Shown piece after piece: positions 10,501-25,734 of a DNA stretch of 64,000 nt; position 1 is the first letter of the stretch, and every line of letters begins with the position of its first letter. The notes beneath the pieces are model-generated. The model had not been told where the DNA came from. It did no database searches and saw only the letters and a list, made by a program, of their open reading frames with translations. The stretch is from contig CM119268.1 in the NCBI GenBank assembly GCA_051294375.1, forward strand, positions 19,751,820 to 19,815,819, written 5' to 3'. The position numbers and the translations under genes are program-made. This DNA is from Paraspadella gotoi (lineage: Eukaryota; Animalia; Chaetognatha).

Positions 10501-11465
10501 AAACATTTTGAGCAAACAATGTCGGATCTTCCCACGATCATTAGCGGTAATTGATTAATTAATTAATTAATACAAACTATATAAACTAAAATAATAATTC
10601 AATTAATAAATTAATTAATTTGAACCGAAATGTTTGTTTTTAGGTCTTTTTGTCACTGACCACAACAAAAGCAACGACGACGATGATGGCGATGACGACA
10701 ATAATGCCGATAAAGATTGACTTAATTAAATAATTAATTAATTTATAAATAAATTGATTGATTGAATAATTAATTAATAGATAACTAAATAAATTGATTG
10801 AATAAATAATTGATGGATTAATTGACCGATTATTTAATTATTTATTAAATTAATTCTGATTTAATTTATTAATTAACTGATTAATTATTTGATTAATTAA
10901 TAACATCTTATCTTGCATTTACATTTAATATAAAAAGAAGCAATAATCAATTAGTGAAACAGGTTTTTTGTTTTTTTCCATTTAAACTCATTTTCACTCG
11001 CACGATTCCATCGAAACTTTATATCCAGCTCAATCACACACTTTCCTACCATCATACAAAATTTCAAGTCAATTGCCCTATCCACTCATGAGCAATTGGC
11101 GTTCAAATAGTGAAATATATTTTTTTGTTTTTTCCATTTAAACCAATTTCCACTCGCACGATTCCCTCGAAACTTCATATCCATCTCAATCACACAGTTT
11201 CCTACCCACACACAAAATTCATACCAATCCATCCATCCAATCACGAGTAATTGGAGTTTTTTGCTAAGGGTGGACGGACGGACGGATGGACGGATGGCAA
11301 GCAGACAGACGGACGGATGGACATCTTTTTTTTTCATAATTTATCATAATTCGATGTTCTGACATGATATAAGTGTGTGCCCGACAATATTGAGGGGGCG
11401 GACCGACGGACGACAAAGTGAATTATAGAGTCGGGATCTGCTGATAAGCAGATCCGACTAAAAAT
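10501..11465 (-). mobile_element. Non-autonomous Helentron/DINE-like element, family H1
   Basis: One end is AAACA..GAGCAAACAATGTCGGATCT. The other end is the palindrome GTCGGGATCTGCTGATAAGCAGATCCGACT next to an A-run. (GGAC)n microsatellite and ~150-bp internal repeats. Same ends recur at 22995-23710 and 48758-51893. Confidence 0.7.
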
Positions 11466-11548
11466 GAGCATAAGGATCGTCGCAATTGCAAAGAGAGAGA
11501 GAGAGAGAGAGAAAGAGCAGAAAAATGAGCATAAGATCGTCGCAATTG

Positions 11549-11582
<34 letters not shown>

Positions 11583-12311
11583 AAAATGAGCATAAGGATG
11601 TTGTGCAATTGCAAAGAGAGAGAGAGAGAGAGAGAAAAGAGAGAGAGTCCGAGGTAAAAATTAGCGAATAAAAAAGTTGTTATTTTACTCACTGAATAAA
11701 AATACTTAAATTACTTACAAAATACATAAAATTGATAAAATTATTATTCCGATAACATTGTTTAATCACATGCAATATATCTAGTAAGGCGGGCAAAATT
11801 GAACATTTTTTATAACTTCTAGTTCTCTCAAAAAAATTTCTTTTTTCCTTCTACTACTAAATCGATTTTCAATGTAACTTTTTTAATTAGTTCATTGGGT
11901 TGTTGCACTGAAGCTTTTAAATATTTATTAATATATAACAAATGAACAAAAAAAATTTTTAAAAATTTGATTTTTTTAAGGACGGGTTCTTGTAGATCTT
12001 AAAAAGTTAAATGAAAGTTAGTACTATAATGTTTTCATATTTTGACAATAAATTGGTTAAAAATAGAAAAAAACCTTAAAAAATCGTCATTATCATCATA
12101 GGGAGTTGAAAATTTATATATGGCTTCTAATCATCAAGATCTTTAAAATTGTCATGTTTCATATCAATATTCCTATTTGTTTATGTTTATTTACAAAATT
12201 ATATGTCGCTCTCTCTCTCTCTCTCTCTTTTTTTCTCAGTCACTGCTTCTTCTGATTTGTCTAAAAACGAGTTCTGGCTCTGCAGCGTCGTGCAGCGTCG
12301 TCCAGCTTCTT

Positions 12312-12342
<31 letters not shown>

Positions 12343-13078
12343 TTTTAACAAAAAAAATTTATATATATCTATTTTTATATAATTAAATATATATTAAATA
12401 TATAATAAATATATATATATTTATATAAAAAGAATTATACTTTGTGTAGACAAATTTTTATGAGCTATCTGAATCTGGTCTTAAAATTTAAAAATTTTTT
12501 AAAAAAATTTTGGCCTTTCCTATCTATAAATAAATATTAAAAAATTAATTATTTGGGTATAGAGCCATATTAAAAATTTTTTGTCCATTAAAAGTATTCT
12601 TAAAAATGTATAAATATTCGTTTGAGCTTGTACTCGCTCTAAATTTTTGACTCACCCCATTGAGTGCGGCTACCCCTAACATAAGGTACTAATCAAATGA
12701 AACAAACGTTGTAGAGTATAAGAAACTCAAATTATTAAAATTTTATAAAAGCTATATTGAGTTTACATAATATGAAAATAAAGATCCATATAAATATTTC
12801 AGTAAGTTTATTTACAAATTTTATATTTTATTAACTGTTTATTAACTATATTTATTAATAAGTAATAATAAAAAATAAGCTAAAAAAAATTACAATTTTA
12901 AAATTTTAAAACCGGATTTGAATTCCTTACAAAAAGTTGTTATAAAAAATAATAATCCATTTAAACAAATTCTTTCATTAAGTTGGTTAAAAATGTTAAA
13001 AACTATTTTTATATAATTTTTTAATTTTTCACTTAAAATTGTGTTTTTTTCCTTTCTGTTTCGTTGTGATTTGATTTA

Positions 13079-13542
13079 GAACAAAGTTTGAAGAGAGATT
13101 TAACAACGATTTTTATTTCATAGTGAAACGGACATGTTTCGACTCACATACGAGTCTTCTTCAGCGCCAATTCAATTTGTGAATTTGAAGAGAATTTTGT
13201 GCATAAAGAAAGAGAGAGAGAGAGAGCAAAGTTTCCAACACAGAGTTAGAGAGAAAGGATAGTGTTCAGTTTTTTATTATTTATTATTTCAATTTCTTTT
13301 CACAAACTATCTCTGTCCTCACCTTCACCTGTCCCTAATAAAAAACTGAACACTATCCTTTCTCTCAAACTCTGTGTTGGAAACTTTGCTCTGTCTCTCT
13401 CTCTCTCTCTTTCTTTATGCACAAAATTCTCTTCAAATTCACAAATTGAATTGGCGCTGAAGAAGACTCGTATGTGAGTCGAAACATGTCCGTTTCACTA
13501 TGAAATAAAAATCGTTGTTAAATCTCTCTTCAAACTTTGTTC
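13079..13542. mobile_element. Penelope-like fold-back remnant (~200-bp inverted repeat) with hammerhead ribozyme motifs
   Basis: 13079-13280 is the reverse complement of 13336-13542. Flanking direct repeat TTCACTTAAAATT at 13028 and 13540. Confidence 0.75.
13451..13496 (+). ncRNA. Minimal type I hammerhead ribozyme (mirror copy on minus strand ~13125-13170)
   Basis: CTGAAGA-A, stem II GACTC/GAGTC, GAAAC-ATGTC, short stem I ggcg/cgtt. Confidence 0.75.
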
Positions 13543-14109
13543 ACTTAAAATTATAGTTTTTCAAAATTTTGACCAACTTAATGACATAATTTTAGAATAA
13601 AAATTATATTTTATTATATCAACTTCTTATGAATAAAATAAAATCCATGAATAAAATTTTAAAATTATTATTTTTTAACTTTAACCTAATTTTTACTCAT
13701 AATTATTAATAAATATCGTTAACTTACTTTTTATAAAAAATAAAATTTAGAAACAAACTTACCATATTTGTTTTTTAAGTCTTTATTTTTATATTTCAAA
13801 AGCTCATGTAAATTTTATAAAATTTTAATAATTTGATTTATCATAACTTATAATTGTTTATCTTTTTTATGACAATATTATATACATTAAAAATCGTCAT
13901 TTTTGACAAGAAAGATAAAATAATATAAAAAAATGGTCATCACCATCAAATTCTACAGACTTGTTTACAAAATACCTTATTCGATTTGTTATATTTTGTT
14001 ATTTTTAAACGCCCTATTAAATATCTTCAATTATTTTTTTTTCTTTAAATGTATCTGATGTGTCACAAAATAAAAAAAATCTTAAAAGCATAAGGATCGA
14101 GCCGCTTTC

Positions 14110-14345
14110 GATAGTAACCAAATATTGATGCGATGATAACCAAATATTGATGCGATGATAACCAAATATTGACGCGATGATAACCAATAATTGATGCGAT
14201 GATAACAAAATGACTGATGTGATGATAATCAAATGATTAATGCGATGATAGTCATTTATTGATATGATGAGAATCATTCATTGATACGATGATAGTCATT
14301 CATTGATGCGATGATAGTAATTCATTGACGCGATGAATCATTCAT
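14110..14345. repeat. 21-bp minisatellite (TTGATGCGATGATAACCAAATA-like)
   Basis: About 11 tandem units. Also at 26320-26420 and 26880-27000. Confidence 0.85.
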
Positions 14346-14376
14346 CGTAAATAAAACAAACAAATGGTGTATGAGT

Positions 14377-14414
<38 letters not shown>

Positions 14415-14641
14415 AGAGAAGAGAGAGGCTGGACAGTTTTCCCGCCAACGAAACGCATTATTAGGTCTCTCTCGTTTATATAAAGAATAATCAGAATTTT
14501 TATATATTGTATTGAGAAAAAAGCGGGGAATAAATGGCGATAATAAAAGTTTTTAAAAGGAAAAAAAATAATCAGAATTTATCAAAAAACGAACGATCAC
14601 GCAAGAGATCGTATAAGAGAGAAAGAGACAGAAAGAGAGAT

Positions 14642-14674
<33 letters not shown>

Positions 14675-15977
14675 AAGAAGCTGAACAGACGCTGCATTGG
14701 CGAAACTCGTTTACTCGTCGCCAAATTAAAAATATACTTTACTATATACTAATTTGATATTGAGTAAGTACTATAATCTAATTAGCATATTGCAGTAAAT
14801 TATAATGAAGTGGAAATTCAAACAAAAAATACTTGAATCGATATGAAACAAAGAAAATGGACACACATTTCAACTTCATCACTGCCTCACTAATGGAACT
14901 TGATAATAGATACATTGTTTGGTAGTTAAACCATAAACCGGCAAAAATAGGCAGTAAAAAAATGATCGGCATATAGCTATACAATCCGGCATATTCAAAT
15001 TTGTGAAAAAAAATTTAAGGTTTTTCGATCAACAACATTGGACAGAGTATAAAAAGATTTCCTCTGGCATGTAAATCTGTATTAAATATGCTATTTGCTT
15101 ATTATATTTTTTTTTTAATAACAATCATGTTAGCCGACGGAGAGAGATGGAGAGAAGCGTAAAATTCTGACGTATGAGTTATTCTTCACTTTTTCTAAAA
15201 TAAATCCATGAAAATCTTGGATGTAAATTTGGGATAATGGTGATAATAAAAGTTTTTAGAGGAGAAAAAATAATCATAATTTTTCAAAAAACGAACGATC
15301 ACGCAGAAATCGTCACAAAGAGAGAGAGAGAGAGGAGAGAAGAGAAGAGAAAGACAGAGAGAGTCACAGAGAGAGACTCTACAGAAAGAGTCAGACAGAG
15401 AGAAACAAAGCTGGACAGCCTGCTGGAAGGCGCTGTACAGTCACTGCAGAGACTGAACTCGTTTTTATTCAAAGAAAAATAATTTTAAGAAATAAAAGAA
15501 AGGCAAAAATATGTTACAATTGTTTACAATTGGAAATTTTTCCAATTTTTTTCCAATCGCAGCTTGTAAAAGATTTTAATTTATATTTGTATTAAAATTA
15601 AGATATAGCTTCTCATTAAAAAAATCCCTTTGAGTTCCCATTTTTATTAAAAATTTATACAAATTTTTTGAATTTCTCTTCAATATTTATATACTGCAAT
15701 ATGTAAATTAGATTAAAGCATTTCTATATACTAATTTTGAAATATTATAATGAGTACTTTAATCTCATTTGCATATTGCAGTAAATCAATAATGAAGTGG
15801 AAATTCAAACAAAAATACTTAAATCCAAATATAATATGAAAATAATCACAGCTATTTCCAAGATGAAAGCCATATCTAAATATTTTACTTCTATGATCGC
15901 ACACTTTGTAAAACCTTTATCATAATTCATAATAATTTTTATTTTAAAAAAAACTGTAAGTCACAGCAACAAACTAT

Positions 15978-18900
15978 GTTGATGACAACCCAGGGTTTTC
16001 TAGGTTCATGAGGCATCATAGAGAGGTTTATGGAAGGAAGTTCGTATGAAAGGGAGCAAGGGTCGGGTTTGGGGTGTCAGTGGGGTTTGTGGTTAGGGCC
16101 TTGGAAGGATAAAGCTAAAGTATTTCTGTGGTCTGCTGGAAAGACATGGCAAAGGTCTTAGGAATGTGGGTAGGTCCGAGGTGATTTGATAAAAGCAAAT
16201 TTTGTGATGTTTTTAAAGGTATCAAGTCCAAAGTTGACCCTCTGGAAAACTCGGCCATTGTCAAAACTTTAAGGAAGAGCAAAGGTTACTAATATATTTC
16301 TTTATTCTGCTTTATGGTATAGAACAGAATTGTTGACGCCTCCGTGGGAGATATTGATGCCTTAGAAACTGAGGTACAAAATTGGATGTTTTATGGTAGA
16401 AAAGAGATTGCTAAGGATAGGCTGAGGGATTCTTATTATAATGGTGGAGCGCAATTAATGGATATTAGAGATAAGGTTAAAGCACAGAGAATAATGTGGA
16501 TTAAAAGGTTGTTAAGCATGCCGAAGGAATCTTTTTCTAGAGTTTTAGTGGATGAGCTTATTGGAGAACAAGCATGTGGCTTTTATGGATTGGATAGCCT
16601 TAGGGCAAATGTAGCGGGATTACCTTTGGTATTAGTCGGGTTTTATGCTGAGGCTGTAAGGGCTTGGTCATGCTTGCCTTTCAAATTTGAACCGGGTAAG
16701 TTTGCCTGTTGATGGTTACCATTTATTATATAATACAAATGTGACTGATTCAAATGGAATAGTTTTAAAGTCGTTTAGTAATATAGTAGAACGAGGAATT
16801 AAGAACTGTTGGTCAATTCTTGAATATGCCAATGAATGAAACTCCACGCTCTCAGAGGAAAAGGATTTTGATATCCAATGTAGAGTAGGGAACAAGTTGA
16901 AAATATTGTCCCAAATGATCATCCTCCTGACTTCATTTTAGAGATACAATGGAGCCAATAGAAGTTGAGTGAAATGTCATTTGCGAGAAACTTATTCTCA
17001 ATTGAGAGTTAATCTTAAAGTAGTAAGGCATTATGAAGAGAAATGGGAAGAGTACTTGGAATTAGTTTAACTAATGAGTGGAGGGCATCTGGGGAGCAAT
17101 TATGTACTCTGATACTTCTTACTATGTTAGATCTTCTATTTGTCGGCCAGGTAAATTAAATTTCTGGACAGCATACATGGATTATGCCTATGTAGGAAGA
17201 GTGATGGCAATTTGTGATCTTTGTGGTGTTGTAGCACGTGAACGATGGCATATTTTTGACTCACTGCGAAGTGGTTGTAAGACTATGGGAGAAATTGAAG
17301 TGTGACACTGTTCAAATTTGATTATAAACAAGAGATAACCGATAGATGAGCTTAGGCTTAATAGGGACAAGGGTTAAAGGGTGAGGTTAGAAATAAATTA
17401 GATTTATTTTAAGATCTGTTATATTCAAGATGAGAGCACAGAGGATTAGGTATGTTGAGCGGCGGTTGAAAGACTGTGGAAAATATTTGTTATTCATTTG
17501 AAAAAGGATTAGAACAAGATATTGGGTGGCCAAATTAAGTGGCAGATGGGGAAGTTTTAAAAAAAGAATCTTATTGGGTAATGTACTGGGTACATAAAAT
17601 GAGGATGGGACTGTAGAGTGGGGAAACTTAATTAAACGGGTTAAAATTGGTTATTGGGAACTTATTTAATCAATGAGGGTATTTCGTATTGGTATTTGGC
17701 CACTATTCATATTGAGTGGGTACTACAATCTATATTTTCTTTGGTTATTACTTTAGCGTCATTGTTATCTGTGCTTATTATTACGATATAGTGTTTTTGG
17801 TTTTTGTTAGCGTCTCATTTTTTTTTTATGTTAGCGTCTCATTTCGTTTATTAGCGTCCTTTTCTGTTTTTATTAAGTGTCTTTCTACTTAGCGTTTTGA
17901 TTAGGTTTTTTATTAGGTCTTTATGTTTTTATTTAGGCTTTATGCTTTTTGTCTGTCTTTATTAGTTCTTACGTGATTAGTGTCTTTCTGTTTATTAGCG
18001 TCTCATGTTGTTTGTGTATTGGTGTCCTCATTTCTGTTTTGATTAGTATCTATTTTATGTGTATGTGTGTACTTAAATATATATTGGATATATTCTATTA
18101 ATAGGTTGTGGTCCCTCTGCCCTTTACTTAACACATTTAATTATAAATTTTGGATGTTATATGTTATACACACAGGCATTAAATACTTTTAATGACGTTT
18201 TATAAAAAGCTTAAACATGATGTTTTTACGCTTGTACATATTAACATTTTTAATACATGTTTTTACTTTACTTTTTTGCCGTACATGTATATTTCAATAA
18301 TCTGTTGCCTTTATATTTATTATTTTTTGGTATTCATATGCTTTCATATTTTTTTTTTTTTTTTTTCGCATTTTCTTTGACTTTTATTAACGTTGTTTTT
18401 CGTTTATGCTTTATTATTTTTTGTCTTTGTTGTTTTTTGTTTTTTTTTCGGGTCTATGAAAGTCCATTTAAAACGTGCTTCTTTTGTTATTTGAATGTTT
18501 TTTTTTGTTTATAATAAATTGATTTTGAACGTTCTTGAACGTTATATTTTTATAGTTTCTTATGAATTAGTTCATAACATTTATTATGATATTTAACGTT
18601 AGTGTCTTTTTTTTTTTATTGAATTTTTTAAGTAGTTTAGTTTTACTTGTTTTCCAGTCTTGAACGTTCTTGAACATTATTTTTTTATAGTTTCTTATGA
18701 ATTAGTTCATAACATTTATTAATGATTTTTTAAAACGTTAAAAAAAAAATTTTTTAGAAGATGGTGTTCTTAGTGTCTTTGTTTTTAATTGAATTTCAAT
18801 ATGTAGTTTAGTTTTTTTACTTATTTTCCAGTCTGAACGTTCTTGAACTTATTTTGTATAGTTTCTTATGAATTAGTTCATAACATTTATTAATGATTTT

Positions 18901-19080
18901 AAACGTTAGTGGTCTTTTGTTTTTATTGAATTTCAATATGTAGTTAGTTTTTAACTTGTTTTCCAGTCTTTAAATGTTATGGGTCTTTTGTTTTTTATTG
19001 AATTTCAATACATAGTTTAGTTAATTCCCAGTCTTTTACTTATTAACGTGTTTAATGATTATGTCAATAACTGTTTTTGG
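15978..19080 (+). mobile_element. 5'-truncated, decayed L1/Tx1-clade LINE (ORF2 C-terminus, long 3' UTR, poly-A)
   Basis: NGGAQLMDIRDKVKAQRIMWIKRLL motif typical of the L1/Tx1 post-RT region. CDLC..HIF Zn-finger remnant. AATAAA plus A-tail at ~19065-19080. Splits the H2 element. Confidence 0.75.
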
Positions 19081-19511
19081 TATTAATAAAAAAAAAAAAA
19101 GTATTTTTTATATATGAAAACAGCGGTGACGGACGAACGACGACGACGACGAAGACTACGTCACAAAGAAGCAACCCTAAAAATTTAGAGCCTGACCCGG
19201 CTTCGCCGGTCAAGCCTCGATAAAAAGTATAAAGTGTACGGATTTTCTAAGTTTTGAATCATTACAATTTCAGTGGTTTACACATAGATCCCGTTTCCTT
19301 TTTTAACATTCCACATCACTCTCTCAATATTGTTTTTCTAATGTTAGTTTGAGATATATCAGAAAAGGTATTTTACAAGATTGCAACAACTTCACATAAA
19401 AGTTTATATGAATTCCATTTAGGACAAATAATTTAGTCTCATGTTCTTCATTCGTCTTCCCTTGTTTGCATTTTTTTCACAGATTTGGAATTTAAATTGT
19501 AGAATTATAAA

Positions 19512-19545
<34 letters not shown>

Positions 19546-19851
19546 AGAGAGCAGAGAAGAGAGAGAATAGAGACAACGTAGAGAGAGAGACCGAGAGGAG
19601 ACCGAGAAGAGAGAGAGAGAGGAACAGAGAGAGGAGAGAGACGAGACAGAGAGAGACAGTTAGAGAGAGGACAGAGAAGAGAGAGACAAGAGAGAGGAGG
19701 AGAAGTAGACAAAGTCAGTCAGCAACAAATTTTATTGGACCTCAACTCCTGATTAGAGAATAATCTCTAACAACTTCACTGAATGGGAACTCTCGCGTGT
19801 TGACCTAGAGGAGATGAAAGAAGAGAGAGAGAGAGAGAGAGAGAGGAGAGG

Positions 19852-19902
<51 letters not shown>

Positions 19903-22830
19903 TGAACAGTGATTTAAACTCATTTCCACTCACACGATTCCATCGAAACTTAATATCCAGCTTTATCACACACTTCCCTACCCACACACAACATTTCATT
20001 ACAATCTATCCATGCAATCACGAATAATTGGAGTTTTTTGCTAAGGTGGGACGGACAGATAGACAGACAGACAGACAGACAGACGGACATCATCTTTTTT
20101 TGCTGAATTTATCATAATTCGATGTTTTGACATGATATAAGTGAATGACCGACGGACCGACAAAGTGAATTATAGAGGTGATAGAAATATTGTTTTTTTG
20201 AAAAAATCAAAAATCACATGAACCCGCTTTTTTTTCCAAAAATCCGATATACCATGATGGTAATAAAAATTGTCACGGTTTGGAAAAGTCGGTTAATTTT
20301 ATTGTCAAATATATTTTTTGCCGGTAAATATGTTTTAATATGACCTCCCTAGGACTGAATAAAAAGATTACTTCTTAACAGCATAAAATTATTTAATGCA
20401 TACAAATAGTTCTAAAAGAGGTTCTAGTTGGTTGGCGACTTTTCCATGGCGATATAGCCATGGCCCTAGCGATGTCGCTACTACCCCCACTGGCGACCTC
20501 GCTAGTGATAAAAGTAGCGAATATAATAAAAGGCGCAAGTTAGAGGAGAGGTTCGCAGCTGAATTTGAGACACGGGGATGAAGGCATCACCTATGGGCTC
20601 CTCCCTCAACCCTAACCCTAACGCGTTTTTTAGTCCAAAACTCTTCATGTTTAACTATTTGAATTTTGATCTGTAACTTTTACTACGCCTAATCTACAGC
20701 ATCAATATATTTTTAATACCGCTTTTTTTTATATATGAATTAAGATTCAACCTTGAATCTATCCTAATGGAGATGATGAAATAACTATTTGACATGAGAC
20801 TGAGAAAAGGCAGGGATTTTTAATAGTAATTGTTTAACTAAAAAATAATAATAATACCGCTCTTTTTTGATATATGNNNNNNNNNNNNNNNNNNNNNNNN
20901 NNNNNNNNNNNNNNNNNNNNNNNNNNNNNNNNNNNNNNNNNNNNNNNNNNNNNNNNNNNNNNNNNNNNNNNNNNNNGACAAAGTGAATTATAGAGTCGGG
21001 ATCTGCTGATAAGCACTAAAAAGTATAGATATGGAACTCTTGTATTTTTTATAGTAAATAAATGAGACACAGCTCTTAGAATTACAAGCGGCCAAAGTTT
21101 TTTGATATCTAATATTTTTTTTTTTTTGATTCTTACATTAAAATGCTGAAAAATAGCTTGAAAGTAACCGCAACAATTTTTTTTTCCATCATGGTATTTT
21201 ATTTCATTTCCGATTTCATTAATCGGCCGATAATTCAAGGCAGACCCCCTGTCCCCCTTCTCTTAGTCGTGGGAAACAAAACAGAACAAAAATCTCCAAT
21301 CGTTTTGGTTCGAATTTCGTCAAAAGTTGAGGGAAAAAAATCCAGTTTCCAGTCGAGACTTTATTTACACAGTGACGCGTAGAGTCAACACCGAACAGTT
21401 ACGCTCACAGGAATTTTTTTTTTTAAACAAAGCTCACAATTGATAACGTTCACGGTTATCGAGAAATAACAAGAAACGTTAATGAACACTGGAACATAAC
21501 AATTGCATGTATCTTTGAGATAAAGTGGCTACGTACCACAAATGCCGTAATCCTTCGGCAATAGGCGTTTATAAAAACCATAATACGTACATTTAACAAG
21601 CATTTATAGTAATAAATCATGTTTAAGAGTGATCCTTGCGGCTATGGCTAAATCTGCTTTCAATATTAAACATTTTTGTTGATCGAGTTTTTTTATCCTT
21701 CGTCTATTTTTAGTCATTTTTTTTAATTTTAATTTTATTAGTCGACGTCCGCTTAAAAGTTTTTTTAAACTTTGAAGAAATTTTGTTGAGGTCGTCGTTG
21801 TTATCGTCGTCGCTGTTGTCGCCGCTGACACATTTTCATGAAACTTTTTTAATTAGAAAGAAAAACAAACTTTTTTTAAGTAGAAACAAATTTATTTTAT
21901 TTTCTTTTCTTCGCTCAGTTCGCTCTAAACTTTTATTTGACTTAAAAATAAACTTTTCAGGCATCAGAATTTAATTACGTTTTCTTAAAAAAAAATTTTT
22001 ACATTCGTAAAATATTATTATATTTCCCTTAGTATGAACGCAAATTCCACATCATGGCAATTTCCTCTGTTACAGCATTTGTGTTCTGTTCTCTTTCATA
22101 CTTTAACTGCAGTTTCGTCTTTCTCTTTTAATAGTACTTTTTTAGACGGACCCTAATTCTCTATTTCCCAAAATTATAAATTTTCTTCCCCCTCTAATTT
22201 ACTAGTAGAAATATACTATGAAATTACATTTAATAGGGGCGGGGTTTCAAAACTTTGGTCTTGAAGTCTACTTTTAGGTAAAAAAGGAATTTTAAAAAAA
22301 AGTTCGATTTTAATCTTTTATTGTTGCTATTAAAATTACAATATTAATATATAATGATAAAAATTTTTGTAATCAATCTTAACTTTTTTGAGCAGTTAAA
22401 AGTTAAATAAAAAATATAGCTACAACTTTCAAAAATGTTTATGTTTTTTTGGTCAAAATTGATGATGATGATTATAAATAGTTTTTCATATTTTTCACAC
22501 ACTTATGATCAAAATATCGAAAAAAGAATTATACTTTTTGCAAGCTAAAAAATTGTTTAGCCTTTCCTATTTATAAATAAATATTAAAAAAATAATATAT
22601 GGAGTATGGAGTAATATTAAAATGTTTTGTCTATTCAAATTGTTTTAAAAATGTCTAAATTTTCGTTTGAGCAGGTGCTTAATTCAAAAATCTTAACCAC
22701 CTATCTGAGTTAGGCTCCACCTATTATTAGGGACGAACTCATTTCGGCCAAATTAGGCAGAAATTGAGAAAATTGAGGCGAAGTCACTCGCGGAAAGAAG
22801 GGGTAAAAAATGTGAAGTTAGTGATAGACT

Positions 22831-22863
<33 letters not shown>

Positions 22864-22896
22864 AAGAGAGAGAAAGAAAGAAAGAAAGAAAGAGAG

Positions 22897-22955
<59 letters not shown>

Positions 22956-22994
22956 GAGAGAGAGAGTCTCAAGTGCAGAGATATGGGAGCTTTA

Positions 22995-23710
22995 AAACAA
23001 GTTTGAGCAAACAATGTCGGATCTGCACACGATCATTAGCGGTGATTAATTAATTAATTAATACAAACTATATAAACTAAAAAAATAATTTAATTAATAA
23101 ATAAATTAATTAATTATTTAATACAAACTATATAAACTAAAATAATAATTTAATTAATAAATTAATTAATTTGATCCAAAATGTTTGTCTTTTTGTCACT
23201 GACCAGGACAAAAGCAATGATGACAATGATGGCGATGACGACAATAATGCCGATAACGATTGACTTGATCGATTGAATATTTGATTAAATAGTTAATTAA
23301 TTTATAAATAAATTGATTGAATGAATAATTAATTAATTAATTAATTGACCGATTAATTATTTTTTTATTAATTAATTGACTAATTGATTAATTAACTGAT
23401 AAATTATTTAATTAATTAATACATCTTACATTTACAATTAATATAAAAAGAAAAAGAAGCATAATAAATTTGTGAAACAGGTTTTTTTTGTTTTTTCCAT
23501 TTAAACTCATTTCCCACTAAGGTGGGACGGACGGACAGACGGACGGACAGACAGACGGACGGACGGACATCTTTTTTTTTTGCATAATTTATCATAATTT
23601 GATGTTCTGACATGATATAAGTGAATGCCCGACAAGATTGAGGGGGCGGACCGATGGACCGCCAAAGTGAATTATAGAGTCGGGATCTGCTGATAAGCAG
23701 ATCCGATTAA
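22995..23710 (-). mobile_element. Helentron-like family H1 copy
   Basis: Same termini as 10501-11465, internally shorter. Confidence 0.7.
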
Positions 23711-25734
23711 AGATATCTTTGAATTATGCAAAGAAAGTTTAGGCTTCTGAGTAGTTTTTTTTCCTTTTTTGACAAAAAAAAGAAAATATCAAGGAAGGCA
23801 GAAGAGAGGGTTCGTCCTAGTTGTTATTGTTGTCGTTACCTGTTTGATTTTTGTTTCATGTTATAAACCTTTCTTTTCATGACATGACATGACCTAACAT
23901 GACGTGACATGACATGACGTGTCATAACATGACTACATGTCTCCAATAACTTTCTTTGCCCGTGTTTTTATGACACGCACTGCATAAAAATTACGTCTTT
24001 TATTCTATTTTAGTTTTACGATTTCCTGAAGGCGGCGCTTGCAGTCACTTAAATTTTAGGTTTTTTCATGTCTTAACAAAATAGCAACCAACTATAGGGA
24101 AATAATATGCATTTTAACGTGAGTGGGACAGACCGACGGACAGACATACCGACCGACCGACTGACCGACCGACCGAGAGAGTACTCGCGGCGCAACTAAA
24201 AATCAAATGAAAAAGGATAAATAATTTTAAACACTATCTAATAAGGCGGGTAAAAATTCAACCCTTTTTATAACTTCTAGTTCTCTCAAAATTTTTTTTC
24301 CTTCTATTACTAAATCGATTTTTAATGTAACTTTTTGAATTAGTTCGTTGGGTTGTTGCACTGAAGCTTTTAAATATTTATTAATATATAACAAATGATA
24401 AAAAAAATTTTAAATTTTTATTTTTTAAGAACGGATTCCTATAGAGCTTGAAAAGTTAAATGAAAATTAGTACTACAATTTTTTTTAAATTTTGACAATA
24501 AATTGGTTAAAAGTAGAAAAAAACCTTTAAAAATCATCATCATCATTATCATTGGCTGAATATTATATTTTTTTTTAAATTTTGATTAATAAAACAAAAC
24601 AATTTTAAAAAGTTGTATTAATAACCTTTATCTAACTTTTAAAGCTCTACCAGAATCTATTAAAAAAACTTTATATAGTAATAAAATAACTTATTTATTT
24701 GAGAGAACTTATAGTTTTCAACCTGTTCCGGCCTACTATCTAACACTATTTATTTCGACTATACGAGTTTTGACGGTCATAAAAGACCTGCTTTTTAGAA
24801 CGTTTGTATGTTTCACAAAACCTCGGTCAGAAAAAGATACAATAGCGTAATTTTTTGTTAAATTTACCCAAAGAAAAAGAAAATATAAATGATTCTTTTT
24901 TTCGATGTCGATACATGCTGCGGATTTTAGTAAGAAAAAAATATCCCAAGGTCGAAGGGAAGTTCGACGAAAGTTTTATTTTCGTCTTTATAATTACTTT
25001 TTTCGTTATCGTCGCGTGGGAACGCATCGTTCGTCCCATTGTCGTCCCTTTCTTTGCCTTACCTGATCCTTACCTTTAATATTTGCCTTAACGTTGCCCA
25101 ATGCCCAGTGCCCATTGCCCATCTGGGCGAATATTTAGGTCACGATGCGGTTGGATTGTTTTTGATTATTTTGTTTATTTAATTTAGTATGTTTTAAAGA
25201 AGCGTATTCACGTTATCCTTTGAAAACAAAGTCAGTACAAATGATATTTCCGATTCTTTTTCCTTGCTCTTTTTCTAGAAAAATAACATTTTTAATGCGT
25301 TGTTGACTATAAAAATGATGATAATGATTAACATCATAATCATCATCATTATCATCATCATTATCATCATCATCCTCGCCATAATAAATGTTAGTTTTCA
25401 AAATTTTACAGTTTTCCAGTTTTACATTGTTAGAAACGTTAGAGACGCTTTGAAAAGAAAATCTAGGATGAATTGCCATTCACCTAAATAGTCAAACAAT
25501 AAATCGATCAATTATCAATTAACCAATATCGATTTAATACTCCCAACGACAACACATTTACACAGATAATAATGTATTAATATTTGTATATTAAAAAGAG
25601 ACCGGTCGTTATACCATATTCCATTCAATAGCAATGTCAAGTAAAATATTTGTCAAAAAGTAAATTTAAATTAGTATTCTGGAAGTTAAGTATTACGCGT
25701 TGGTAATTAAACAGTGCGTCTAAAAGTGAATAAG

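Larger units (their letters stand above)
14080..19225 (-). mobile_element. Non-autonomous Helentron-like element, family H2 (interrupted by a LINE)
   Basis: GATCGAGCC sub-terminal repeat at ~14095, 21-bp minisatellite, (GAC)n, terminal hairpin GAGCCTGACCCGGCTTCGCCGGTCAAGCCTCGAT-AAAAA. Colinear with 26285-28335. Confidence 0.65.
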
